NCBI GenBank assembly: GCA_022750205.1
Contig: JAKIWD010000003.1
Location: 1-41,598 of the forward strand
DNA length: 41,598 bases
Origin: Thermoplasmata archaeon
GTDB lineage: Archaea; Thermoplasmatota; Thermoplasmata; Lutacidiplasmatales; UBA184
Reading direction: 5' to 3'
Under the pieces are notes generated by a model. The model was not told where the DNA came from. It made no database searches and saw only the letters and a list, made by a program, of their open reading frames with translations. The number at the start of each line of letters is the position of its first letter. Position 1 is the first letter of the stretch. The translations under genes and the position numbers were made by a program. Shown here piece after piece: positions 1-8,999 of the stretch.

Positions 1-928
1 CGCCTACGGGATCCAGTTGCACTGCGCCCCGGCGAGCGTGGCGGTCTGCTTCGACCACCCGGCGACCATCAACGTCCCGGGCCTCGGCGTGGTCCCGCTG
101 CCCGGCCACGACCACCTAATCTCGACCACGGCGGACGACCACGACATCTGGTGGAACGTCGCGGTGGACCTGGTCTTCAACCAGTCGGTGTTCCCCGACT
201 ACAACGGCACCACGGGTATCAACTCGCTGAACGCACTGCTCCACTACCAGTCGACGGGCGCCGTATCGCCGGACCTGAACACCAATCTGTTCCTCAACTT
301 CCGGGTCCTGCCCCAGGTCGCGGGCCACCACGTGACCCCTGGCCCGGTCGCCTCGACCGGCGCGCTGAACATGAGCGTGCAGATGCCGGTGTTCTACAAC
401 GGCAAGGTCTACCCCAGCTTCTACGGGAACGGCTACTTCACTGGCGGGAACGTCACGTACAACAGCTCGTACGGCTCCCAGCCGCTGCAGGCCGCGCCAG
501 AACTCGGGGTCGGCCCGTCGACGTGGCCGGCGAACCCGGCGACGATCGCGCCGTTCTACGTGCTGGTACCCTGGTGGGGCCCGTCCTCGGCCCCCTACGA
601 CCCGGCATACAGTCCGGCGTCGTACGGGATACAGATGCACTGCGCTCCGGCGTCGATCGCCGTCTGCTGGGACCACCCGGCAACGATCAACGTGCCCGGA
701 CTCGGCGTCGTGCCCCTCCCCGGTCACGACCACCTGATCGGAACGTTGGCCGGCGGCAGGGACATCTGGTGGAACGTCGTCGTCGTCCTGGTCCTGAACC
801 AGAGCGCGTGGCCGTCGCTGAACGCCACGTCCGGCATCGTCTCGACATCGGACCTTGCCGCCGCTCAGCTGGCGGGCACTGCGTCGGCGGACCAGCCGAC
901 GAACGTCTTCCTGAACTTCTGGGTCTGA
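1..928 (+). CDS. 5'-truncated protein with internally duplicated His/Cys-rich domain; probably secreted or cell-surface
   Basis: The frame is open from the window edge (AYGIQLHCAP... from nt 2), so the TTG at 17 is not the real start. It holds two aligned copies, 206 aa apart, of YGIQxHCAPASxAVCxDHPATINVPGLGVVPLPGHDHLI...DIWWNV...TNxFLNFxV. Several N-x-S/T sequons. Stop TGA at 926-928. Confidence 0.8.
   Translation, partial: AYGIQLHCAPASVAVCFDHPATINVPGLGVVPLPGHDHLISTTADDHDIWWNVAVDLVFNQSVFPDYNGTTGINSLNALLHYQSTGAVSPDLNTNLFLNFRVLPQVAGHHVTPGPVASTGALNMSVQMPVFYNGKVYPSFYGNGYFTGGNVTYNSSYGSQPLQAAPELGVGPSTWPANPATIAPFYVLVPWWGPSSAPYDPAYSPASYGIQMHCAPASIAVCWDHPATINVPGLGVVPLPGHDHLIGTLAGGRDIWWNVVVVLVLNQSAWPSLNATSGIVSTSDLAAAQLAGTASADQPTNVFLNFWV
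17..925 (+). repeat. Intragenic duplication: aligned 97-codon segments at 17-307 and 635-925 (618-nt period)
   Basis: Visible in protein and DNA, e.g. cactgcgccccggcg vs cactgcgctccggcg and atcaacgtcccgggcctcggcgtggtc vs atcaacgtgcccggactcggcgtcgtg. Differences in this core are mostly synonymous. Confidence 0.9.
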
Positions 929-1056
929 GGAGGAGAGGGAGGCGCCGCGACCAACCCTTTCCTGCCCTCGTTTTCCGAAAACATGATAGCGGGCGACTCG
1001 ACCATGACCGCCCGGGGCCCGGCTCGGTGAACCGGCCCACGGGCGTGGGAGCGAAC

Positions 1057-1896
1057 ATGGAGTGGGCCGAACTCATCGTCACCCTCGCCCGGTTCGGGCT
1101 CCCCGAGCGTGAGGCCAAGCTCTACCTCGCCGCGCTGCGTCGCGGACGGGCGACGGCGCGCGAGCTGACGCGAGATGCGGCGGTCGATCGCGTCCTCGGA
1201 TATCGGCTCCTGGACGCGATGCGCGTCCAGGGCCTGATGGAGGTCACCGCCGAGCGACCTCGCCGCTACGCTCCCGTACCGCCCGCCCAACTGCTCGAAC
1301 GCGACCTGCGCAATCGTCGGGCCGTCCTGCAGGAGGACGAGCGCGTGGCCGAAGAACTGCGGGGCCACCTCGCCCGCCTCGCCGCACCCTCCAGCGACAC
1401 GCCCCGCTACCAGCTCCTGGTCGGATCGCCGCGCGTCTACGATTACCTCCAGGAGATGATCGGACGCGCGACCGAAAGCATCGACGTGATGCTCACCTTC
1501 CGGTCCCTGCGCGAGTCGCTCGAGCACGGCCTCCAAACGAGGATCGCCCCCTTCGTCGCCGGCGGCGGCACGGTCCGGATGTTGGTCGAGGCGGACCCAC
1601 GGCTGCGTCCCACGCTCCTCCGGCTCCGCCGGGCAACGCGCCGCTACCGCAAGGCCCAGATCCGGGAGCGGATGCCCCAACCGACCCGCCTGACGATCGT
1701 CGACCGGAAAGAAGCGCTCGTGTTCCTGGTCTCGGAGGCGAAGGACCGCCACGTCGACGAGGTCGCGGTGTGGACCGACCACCCGAGCTTCGTCGCCGGC
1801 CAACAGCTGTTCTTCGACCAGATCTGGTCCGAGTCGCCCCGCTCGGAACCCCCGGCCGGTGTCCCGAAGCCGGCGAGGGACGCGGGGAGGGCGTGA
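1057..1896 (+). CDS. TrmB-family transcriptional regulator (N-terminal wHTH plus PLD-like effector domain)
   Basis: The ATG at 1057 gives MEWAELIVTLARFGLPEREAKLYLAALRRGRATARELTRDA...YRLLDAM...ERPRRYAPVPP, a TrmB HTH pattern. The C-terminal RLTIVDRKEALV...AVWTDHP...FFDQIW fits the effector domain. The 151-1056 extension in the ORF track overlaps the upstream gene and is spurious. Confidence 0.9.
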   Translation: MEWAELIVTLARFGLPEREAKLYLAALRRGRATARELTRDAAVDRVLGYRLLDAMRVQGLMEVTAERPRRYAPVPPAQLLERDLRNRRAVLQEDERVAEELRGHLARLAAPSSDTPRYQLLVGSPRVYDYLQEMIGRATESIDVMLTFRSLRESLEHGLQTRIAPFVAGGGTVRMLVEADPRLRPTLLRLRRATRRYRKAQIRERMPQPTRLTIVDRKEALVFLVSEAKDRHVDEVAVWTDHPSFVAGQQLFFDQIWSESPRSEPPAGVPKPARDAGRA

Positions 1897-1907
1897 GCTG
1901 ACCCGGC

Positions 1908-2999
1908 TCACCCCGAGGTCGCCGTCGCACGCTCGGGTACTTCGGGAGGCGAGGTGCCAGCCCTGCTCTGGCGATTTTCGTGGTCCGCGGATGTCAGACC
2001 TACCGATCCCTCGGCGAGCGCCGCCACGCCGGCCCATCCCTGCATCGACCGAACGGTCTCCTCGAAGGGCGCGCCGCCAAAATCGAAGATGCCGGCGATC
2101 TCGGTCACTCCGATCTCTTCGAGCCAATGCACTCGCTCGCGCAGCTCGGCGGGAGCGCCGATCAACGTGAGACCGCGATCGGCGAGCGTTCCCGCAACTC
2201 CCAGGTCCGGGTGCTGGGATCGGTGGGCCGCGAGGCGGGCGTCCTCCGGATCCAAGCGTGAGTCGAGGAACCGTTGGAGGCGTCGGACCGGTCGATCCCG
2301 ATCACCCACCGCCACATGGAACGCCGCGAGGACTCGCGGTTCGACGTCCCGTGGGAGCGAGCGGCGATACGATCGGACCGTCTCCGGGAGTTCATCGATA
2401 TCGCTGAGCGTGGCGTACGGGATCAACGCGATCCCGTGGCCGCGTCGACCGACGTCGCGGATCGACGCCGGTCGGCCCGCGGCTACCCACAGCGGGGGGT
2501 GGGGCCGCTGCACCGGGTCGACGTTGAGCGAAACGGGAGGGGCGGTGGGACGCGTTTGAACGGGCTCGCCCCGGAGCGCCGCAACCAGCCGAGGTAACCG
2601 CTCTGCGAAGTCGACGGATCGAGCAGCGGGATCCAAACCGAACCCACGGAATTCCCGGCCCATGTACCCGCTCCCGACCGCAAGCTCCAGGCGACCGTTC
2701 GAAAGCCGGTCCAGGGTCGCGTACGCTTCGGCGAGACGGATCGGGTCGTGGAACGGTAGGACCGCAACGAGCGGGCCGAGTCGGATCCGACGGGTCCGGG
2801 CCGCGGCCGCCGCAAGCACGACTGCGGGAGAGGCGATCGCTCCCGAACGGTGGAAGTGGTGTTCCCCGACCCAGAACTGGTCGAAACCCAGGCGCTCGGA
2901 GTGTACCGCGAGCTCGACCGCCTCCCGTACCGGGTCCCGGTCGAACGAACGGGGGTCCGTCGGGTAGGTGTCCGCGATGGTGAAGGCCCCGAACCTCAC
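1908..2999 (-). CDS. LLM-class (luciferase-like) flavin-dependent oxidoreductase
   Basis: Family motifs: GFDQFWVGEHHF, SPAVVLAAAAARTRRIRLG, HDPIRLAEAYATLDRLSNGRLELAVGSGY, PVQRPHPPLWVA. Confidence 0.92.
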   Translation of the reverse strand: MRFGAFTIADTYPTDPRSFDRDPVREAVELAVHSERLGFDQFWVGEHHFHRSGAIASPAVVLAAAAARTRRIRLGPLVAVLPFHDPIRLAEAYATLDRLSNGRLELAVGSGYMGREFRGFGLDPAARSVDFAERLPRLVAALRGEPVQTRPTAPPVSLNVDPVQRPHPPLWVAAGRPASIRDVGRRGHGIALIPYATLSDIDELPETVRSYRRSLPRDVEPRVLAAFHVAVGDRDRPVRRLQRFLDSRLDPEDARLAAHRSQHPDLGVAGTLADRGLTLIGAPAELRERVHWLEEIGVTEIAGIFDFGGAPFEETVRSMQGWAGVAALAEGSVGLTSADHENRQSRAGTSPPEVPERATATSG

Positions 3000-3115
3000 G
3001 GGGATTCGATTCGGGACGACGGGGTTAGGTTGTTTGTGATTGCGCGGAAGACAACACGGCTTGATTCCCCCACCCCGTGTCGGTCGGTCGTGGCGGCCCT
3101 CCCCTGCACGGAGTC

Positions 3116-3772
3116 ATGGTGACCGAGGGAGAACGCTCCGCACGCCGCATTCCCGCGGGCTCACCTCCCCGGGCGCTCGCGCTCGTTCGGGTCGGGCTCG
3201 GGGTCGTGTGGGCGCTGAATCTGATCTTCATCCTCGACCCGGCGAACCAATTCTTTTCCAGTTTCTCGGACACCGCCCAGTCCTACGCCCCCACTACGCT
3301 CGGCGGGCCGGCACTGGCGACGTTTGTCTCCTCGCAGGGCGATCTCTTCAGTGCCGCCATCGCCGCCACCACCGCCTACCTCGCGGTGGCGTTCCTGATC
3401 GGACTGACGACGCGACTCGCCGCACTGGTGGGCCTCGCCTTCAATGCGTCCCTACTCATCTCCCAATTCGGCAGCATCGTCGTGATCCCGGGGGGGACCG
3501 ACGTCGGCCCGATGCCGTTGTACCTCGTACTCTACCTCGCCCTATTGGCGGCCGGGGGGCCGACCCTCTTGTCGGTCGACGGGTGGTGGCTCCGACGTCC
3601 GGACGATACGGCGTCCGAGGGTCGGCCGGAGTCGCTCGATCGGCTCCGCCGATCATGGAGGTGGGCTTGGTCCGTTGCCCGGCGCCCGGCTCGGGTAACG
3701 AGCGCCGACGTCGGTCTTTCCGGTCTGCCCCGCGGTCGACCGAGGAGCGCGGCGGAAAAGACCAACCTCTAG
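3116..3772 (+). CDS. DoxX/DoxD-like membrane protein
   Basis: About four hydrophobic segments, with LVRVGLGVVW, FLIGLTTRLAALVG, PGGTDVGP and AAGGPTLLSVDGW. The last resembles the DoxX GxGxxSLD end motif. Start placed at ATG 3116; the ORF track uses 3077. Confidence 0.65.
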   Translation: MVTEGERSARRIPAGSPPRALALVRVGLGVVWALNLIFILDPANQFFSSFSDTAQSYAPTTLGGPALATFVSSQGDLFSAAIAATTAYLAVAFLIGLTTRLAALVGLAFNASLLISQFGSIVVIPGGTDVGPMPLYLVLYLALLAAGGPTLLSVDGWWLRRPDDTASEGRPESLDRLRRSWRWAWSVARRPARVTSADVGLSGLPRGRPRSAAEKTNL

Positions 3773-4059
3773 CTGCTGCCCGTTCGGTCAACCTCCGTGA
3801 GGCCTTCGTGGGGGGAGCCTCGGGTCGCGACGTCGCCCACTTCAACTCGACTCGCTCGATCCCCCACTCAGTCACGGTTCGGACCGGGGTCGCCGGCCAA
3901 ATGACCACCGTGTCGACCCCTCGCGCGAAGGGTCGGTCGGGGTGGCTGGTTCCCCTCCGTCCGAACGCCTAAATATGGCGCGCTCGCCGTTGCCATCTCG
4001 GAGCAGTCGGTGGGAGTGGCCAGGACAACCTCCCCGATCGACCGCCCGGGCCCAGCCCC

Positions 4060-5331
4060 TTGATCTCGGAAGCGCTCGTCAACAACCTCTGGGTCCTGCT
4101 CGCGGGCCTCCTGGTCTTCACCATGACCATCGCGGTCGGCCTCCTCGAGGTCGGCGAGCTCGGCGAAGGATTCGACTTCAGTCTGCTCAAGACCCTGCTC
4201 ATGACGGTCGCCGCGATCGTCGTGATGGGGGTCGTCGGGTTCAATACCGCGTTCGCCCCGACCTGGAACGGCATCATCGGCAACCCGTTCTACGGCCCGG
4301 GCTTTTTCCTGGGGGCCTTCAGCTCCACCCCGGTCGACCCGGTCCGGGACGTCTGGTGGTCGGTCAGTAGCCAAGGACTCACGCTCGGCACGTACTTCCT
4401 GTTCGAGACGGCGTTCGCCGCGGTCACCCTGGCGCTGGTCGGGGTTGTCTTCCTGCGGAAGGTCAAGTTCTCGGCGATCGCCGGGTTCAGCCTGGTCTAC
4501 TTCGTCCTCATCTGGAACCTTCCGGCCGCATGGATCTGGAACCCCTCCGGCTGGCTCGCGAAGATGGGGATGTTCGATTTCGCCGGTGGCCTGGTGGTCC
4601 ACGGGGCAGCCGGAGCGGCCGGTCTCGGCGTGCTCTACCAGATATGGCGCGAGGAGCGCGCGCGCGGTGCCACGGAGAGCCCCCAGGTGGCGATCAAGGT
4701 CAGTCCGGGGTGGCTGACGCTCGCGATCCTGCTCCTGTGGGTCGGCTGGTTCGGATTCAATCCCGGCAGCGTGCTGCAGTTCAATGACGAGGCCATCGTC
4801 GTCGTTCTCACGACCTTCCTAGCCGCCTCCGCGAGCGCGCTCTCTCTGCTCGCCCTCGGGGCGATCTACGACCGCCAGAATCCTCCCTTGCTGGAGGGTG
4901 TCAACGGGGTCCTCATGGGGCTGATCGTGATCACCCCATTGGCCGGCTTCGTCAGTCCGGGTAGCGCGCTGATACTCGGGTTCCTCGCGGGACCCGTATT
5001 CCTGATCGGGGAGCGGATCTTCGGCCGCTTCCACTGGTACACCGACCCCGTTGGCCTGATGCCGGGCCACCTGCTCGGCGGGCTGTTCGGGATCAGCATG
5101 ATCGCATTCTTCTCCCAGACGGCGTTCGCGTCGCCCGCGGGCGCGCCCGGGCTGCCCAACGGGCTGCTGTTCGGCGGCGGCATGTCCGCCGCCCATCAGC
5201 TCGGCATCGAGCTGTTCGGGGTCGTGGTCGTCATCGTCGTCGTGTTCATCCTGTCCTTCGCGACGATGGCGATCCTTGCCCGGGTCCTGGGTGGGATCGT
5301 GCCCGCCCCGGATCGACCCGCGGTCCCTTAG
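4060..5331 (+). CDS. amt: Ammonium transporter (Amt family)
   Basis: Amt motifs: FETAFAAVT, WIWNPSGWLAKMGMFDFAGGLVVHGAAG (first pore His), LLWVGWFGFNPGS, NGVLMGLIVITPLAG and DPVGLMPGHLLGG (second pore His). Roughly 11 hydrophobic segments. TTG start. Confidence 0.95.
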   Translation: MISEALVNNLWVLLAGLLVFTMTIAVGLLEVGELGEGFDFSLLKTLLMTVAAIVVMGVVGFNTAFAPTWNGIIGNPFYGPGFFLGAFSSTPVDPVRDVWWSVSSQGLTLGTYFLFETAFAAVTLALVGVVFLRKVKFSAIAGFSLVYFVLIWNLPAAWIWNPSGWLAKMGMFDFAGGLVVHGAAGAAGLGVLYQIWREERARGATESPQVAIKVSPGWLTLAILLLWVGWFGFNPGSVLQFNDEAIVVVLTTFLAASASALSLLALGAIYDRQNPPLLEGVNGVLMGLIVITPLAGFVSPGSALILGFLAGPVFLIGERIFGRFHWYTDPVGLMPGHLLGGLFGISMIAFFSQTAFASPAGAPGLPNGLLFGGGMSAAHQLGIELFGVVVVIVVVFILSFATMAILARVLGGIVPAPDRPAVP

Positions 5332-5404
5332 CGAGCGCATCGAGGCCGAGTCGCGCCCCCCGCCTGCGGGTGACGGCGTGCGCTCGCCCCCGACGAGGGC
5401 GGGC

Positions 5405-7024
5405 TCACGGGCGGGGGGCGGTCGTGGCGACGGGGTGCGGCGCCGAGATAGCATGGGACGTCTCCGCCGGTCCCGAGGCGGTCGTCCGACTTCCGTCCTG
5501 TAGATACCGGAAGTTGCGCATCGCCAGGGTGAAGATGACGCCGACCACGGCCAGCGCTGCCGTCAGCGCGTAGACGACCTCGAAGCCGGTCAGGTCGTAC
5601 CCTCGGAACGGAACGGAGATCGGGCCGCTCGGGCCGGCGACCGTCAGGTAGTACGTGCCGAGGTAGCTCGCGAGGATGGACGTCACGAGCACCGGGGCGA
5701 CCGCGCTGCCCAGGTTACGGAACGTCTGATTCATCCCGGTCTGGATGCCCAGCTCCCGCCGGTCGGCGGAGAGGACGATGGTGTTGCTCATCGAGATCAG
5801 CACGCCAACGTTGCCCACCATCAGGAAGATCGGGAGCACCGCCATATCCAGCAGGCTGCGGTTGAAGGCGATCAGCGACGTCGCGCCGACGGCGCACAGG
5901 GCAAAGCCCAACGTCATGATCGGCTTGGGGCCGAATCGCGCGACGGCACGGCCCAGGAACGGCCCGAAGGCGAGCATCGAGAGCGACCACGGGAGCGCGA
6001 TCAGGCCGGCTTGAAGCTCCCCCTGGTTGAACCCAGGCCCGAACGGCAGCTCGATGAGGACGATCTCCGTCGTGAAGACGAGGAACATCAGCAGACCGGC
6101 GACGACCCCCGTCACGTTGGAGACCCAGATGTTCCGCGCGCGGAGCGCCGCGAAGCTGATCACCGGGCTCTTGGCGCGTTGCTCCCAGAACGCGAAGAAC
6201 GCAAAGCCGACGACCGCCAGCAGGATGAACTGAGGGACGCCCCAGGGTACCCCGTCCCAGGTGACCGCGGAGAACGACGTCCAACCCCAGGCGCTGCCTT
6301 CGCTGATGGCGAACATCAGCGTGGCGAGGCCGAAGCCGAGGCTGGCGACACCGGGGAAGTCGAGCGAGGGGTTGGCCGTGCGCGTCGACTCCTTGAGCAG
6401 CAGCCACGCGGCGATCAGCAGGGCGATGGCGATCGGGATCACGGTGTGGTACGTGGCGGGCCAGCCGTACGTCTGGGCGAGGTAGCCGCCCCCCACGAGG
6501 CCCATCGACGCCCCAGCGGCGAACATGCCGCTGAGGATCCCTTGTGCCTGACCCACGCGGCGGCCGGGGAACACTTCGGGGATCATCGCGAAGCCGAGCG
6601 GGAACATCGCCATCCCCGTCCCCTGGAGGGCCCGGACGGCGATCAAGAGGTACAGCTGGTTGGGGCGGCTCACGCCGAAGAACGACCCGATGTTCGGCGT
6701 GAATCCGGCGAGCGAGACCGCGATGCCATAGACCGTCATCGCGACGAGGAGCATGCGCTTCTTCCCGTAGAGGTCGCCGAGCTTGCCGAAGATCGGCGTG
6801 ACGACCACCCCTACGAGCAGGTAGGCCGAGAGGATCCAGGCTATGTTCGAGAACGATCCGCCGGTCTGGTCGAAGAAGGTGTAGAACTGGCTGAAGGCGG
6901 GCAGGACCATCGTCTCGACGTAGGTGACCATCAGCGCCATGCCGGCCAGGATGCCGAGCACGATCCGCGCCTGACGGACGTCGTAGGGCCGCCCGTCCAT
7001 CAGCGTCTCGGGCGCGCCGCTCAT
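5405..7024 (-). CDS. MFS transporter, 14-TMS drug:H+ antiporter (DHA2)-like
   Basis: WILSAYLL, MFS motif A (GKLGDLYGKKR), RALQGTG, LDFPG and second-half GRAVARFGPK. The start overlaps the MarR stop (ATGA, 7021-7024). Confidence 0.92.
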   Translation of the reverse strand: MSGAPETLMDGRPYDVRQARIVLGILAGMALMVTYVETMVLPAFSQFYTFFDQTGGSFSNIAWILSAYLLVGVVVTPIFGKLGDLYGKKRMLLVAMTVYGIAVSLAGFTPNIGSFFGVSRPNQLYLLIAVRALQGTGMAMFPLGFAMIPEVFPGRRVGQAQGILSGMFAAGASMGLVGGGYLAQTYGWPATYHTVIPIAIALLIAAWLLLKESTRTANPSLDFPGVASLGFGLATLMFAISEGSAWGWTSFSAVTWDGVPWGVPQFILLAVVGFAFFAFWEQRAKSPVISFAALRARNIWVSNVTGVVAGLLMFLVFTTEIVLIELPFGPGFNQGELQAGLIALPWSLSMLAFGPFLGRAVARFGPKPIMTLGFALCAVGATSLIAFNRSLLDMAVLPIFLMVGNVGVLISMSNTIVLSADRRELGIQTGMNQTFRNLGSAVAPVLVTSILASYLGTYYLTVAGPSGPISVPFRGYDLTGFEVVYALTAALAVVGVIFTLAMRNFRYLQDGSRTTASGPAETSHAISAPHPVATTAPRP

Positions 7025-7518
7025 GCGGCGCCCCCGGGCGCCGCCAGGACAACGGGACCGAGGGTCCTGGGTCCGATGGCGCGAAGGACTCGCGCAGCGG
7101 CCTCGAGGTCGCTCGCCGGCAGGCGAGAGGTGCGCTCGGCCATCCGGCTCCCGAGCTCCCGCCAGATCTCGGTGAGGGTCTTGCGACCCTGAGGCGTGGC
7201 CGAGACGAGCACTACGCGGCGATCCTCGCTCGAACGGTTCCGCACGACCAGGCCCGCGTCAACGAGATCGTCGACCGCGACCGTGATGCTCGGGGGGGTG
7301 ACGGCGAGCTCGTCCGCGATGTGGACGCCGTTGACCGGTCCACGCTCGACGATGTAATTCAGTGCCCAAAATTGGCAGACCGCGAGCCCCATCGGTCGGA
7401 CGGTCTCTGCCAGGACGGCACGGATCCCGACCGTCGCGCCGTGAAAGGCGTCCAGCAGATCCTGTTGGGTTCCCGGGCGGGCGGCATCCGAGGACGACGA
7501 GCGGGGATTGGGGACCAT
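7021..7518 (-). CDS. MarR-family transcriptional regulator
   Basis: GLAVCQFWAL...IADELAVTPPSITVAVDDLVDAGLVVRNRSSEDRRVVLVSATPQGR is a MarR wHTH with the DRR wing motif. Translationally coupled to the MFS gene. Confidence 0.93.
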   Translation of the reverse strand: MVPNPRSSSSDAARPGTQQDLLDAFHGATVGIRAVLAETVRPMGLAVCQFWALNYIVERGPVNGVHIADELAVTPPSITVAVDDLVDAGLVVRNRSSEDRRVVLVSATPQGRKTLTEIWRELGSRMAERTSRLPASDLEAAARVLRAIGPRTLGPVVLAAPGGAA

Positions 7519-7542
7519 GGGGGCGACCCATTTCGTGTGGTG

Positions 7543-7571
7543 TATAAATAATTAGCTTATCTAATCATTTA
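7543..7571 (-). promoter_or_regulatory. TATA box with overlapping palindromic operator for the marR-MFS operon
   Basis: Inverted repeat TAAATAATTAG-cttat-CTAATCATTTA at 7545-7571 (11-bp arms, one mismatch, 5-bp spacer). Minus-strand TTTATA at 7548-7543 lies 25-30 nt upstream of the marR ATG. The stretch is a striking AT island in GC-rich DNA. Confidence 0.75.
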
Positions 7572-7658
7572 GGAGAGAGTCCGGTCTCGGCGGGCTCCTC
7601 CCCTCGGCGGTGGCGGCGTTGTGCCAAGGTTGAAGAGGGGGGGGCCGGTCCCCGGTTA

Positions 7659-8102
7659 ATGGTCCAATACGCCGAGCAAGACATCGTACCGCTCGACCGC
7701 GCCCGGCTCTGGAAGTTCCTGGACCTCCACCTCGACAACTCGGTCATCGTCCAGATCCATCCCGACATCGTCGGGCAGACCCTGCTCAGCTCCCGGGGCA
7801 ACGAGACGACCGTCGAACGGCAGATCCGATTCCTGGGATCCACGAGGCGGTCAGTTTGGAAGCTTACGTACGACCGCCCGGACCGCGCACGGTGGGAGAT
7901 CATCGAGAGCAAGGGCCCGATGGCTCAAGGGAGCTACCTGGAGAACACCTATTCCGATGACCCGGGAGGGACCCTGATCCAATCCGAAGGGGACATACGG
8001 GTCACCACGCTCCCGGGATTCATGCAACGCGGCGTCGTCAATGGGGCGATGAACTCCATCGGCAAGCAGGACCTTGCGTACCTCAAAGCCCACCCGATCT
8101 GA
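7659..8102 (+). CDS. SRPBCC/START-fold (polyketide cyclase-like) protein
   Basis: 147 aa. The pattern LDRARLWKFL...IHP...RWEIIESKGPMAQGS...YSDDPGGTLI plus a C-terminal helix is typical of the SRPBCC topology. Confidence 0.6.
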   Translation: MVQYAEQDIVPLDRARLWKFLDLHLDNSVIVQIHPDIVGQTLLSSRGNETTVERQIRFLGSTRRSVWKLTYDRPDRARWEIIESKGPMAQGSYLENTYSDDPGGTLIQSEGDIRVTTLPGFMQRGVVNGAMNSIGKQDLAYLKAHPI

Positions 8103-8144
8103 GCCCGACGGCCGCCGATCGACCGGCGTCGCGCTTCCGTTTGC

Positions 8145-8999
8145 ATGACCTCCGGTTCCTTTCCGCTCTCCTCGGCGTCGGCTTCCCCCGCCCCGATCCC
8201 CGTGAGCGAGCTGCACGCCGGTATTCAGCGCGCCCTGCGGGGAGCCCTCAAGGGGGACCCCCCCCACGGAGGGGCGGAAGCGTACCTCGGGTCGCCCGTT
8301 CCGGTTCTGGGCCTGCGGGTCCCCGAACTCAATATCCTCGTCCGAACGTTTCGCCAAGCAAACCCCAAGCTCTCTCCGGCCGCCTACCGGCAACTGGCCC
8401 GCCAGCTGTGGAACGGGCCGACGTTCGAGGAAAGGGCCGTGGGCATCATGCTCCTCGCCCACCGGCCCCTGGTCACCGACCCTGTGACCTGGCGGCTCGT
8501 CCGAGGGTGGCCGGATGCGGCGACCGGGTGGGGGCTGAGCGACACGGTCTCCCTGCAGCTCATCTCCCCCGCGGTCGCGGCCTCTTCCGAGCGGTTTCGG
8601 GAAGTGCAGGGATGGACCACCGCGCCCAGTCTGTGGCGGAGGAGAGCCTCCCTGTATGCGATGGCCGGTCTCGTACGCTCCGGGGAGGTAGGCAGGCCGC
8701 TCGCCCAGATCCACCGACTGCGCCGCGATCCAGAGCGGTGGGTCCAACGCGCCGTAGGAACCTGGTTGCGCGAGTGTTGGAAGCAAGATGCTGATCGGAC
8801 CGAGCGCTACATGCTCGCGAACGCGAAGAACCTCACCCCGACAGCGATCACCGTCGGCACAGAGCGCGCGAGCCGAACCTACCGAGAGCGGCTTCGGGCG
8901 GTGGCGAGCTTGGCCCGTGAGACCGGCTCCTTGCGGAGCCGCCAGATACACTCCATCGGCCACCGTCGCGCCCAACGCTCCTCTTCCCGGCTCAAGTAG
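8145..8999 (+). CDS. DNA alkylation repair protein (AlkD-like, HEAT repeat)
   Basis: YLGSPVPVLGLRVPEL, LWNGPTFEER, WGLSDTVS, WTTAPSLWRRRAS and DPERWVQRAVGTWLRE match AlkD-family motifs. Confidence 0.85.
   Translation: MTSGSFPLSSASASPAPIPVSELHAGIQRALRGALKGDPPHGGAEAYLGSPVPVLGLRVPELNILVRTFRQANPKLSPAAYRQLARQLWNGPTFEERAVGIMLLAHRPLVTDPVTWRLVRGWPDAATGWGLSDTVSLQLISPAVAASSERFREVQGWTTAPSLWRRRASLYAMAGLVRSGEVGRPLAQIHRLRRDPERWVQRAVGTWLRECWKQDADRTERYMLANAKNLTPTAITVGTERASRTYRERLRAVASLARETGSLRSRQIHSIGHRRAQRSSSRLK

Noticed and set aside
151-1056. N-terminal 302-aa extension of the TrmB ORF in the ORF track
   Set aside because: It overlaps the repeat-protein gene in another frame and is Arg/Pro/Gly-rich shadow translation. 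TrmB similarity begins at ATG 1057.
3773-4059. Possible small gene (e.g. glnK) or ncRNA upstream of amt
   Set aside because: No PII-like translation is visible in any frame. The 3456-3908 ORF overlaps the DoxX-like gene and has no motif, and I see no convincing RNA structure.
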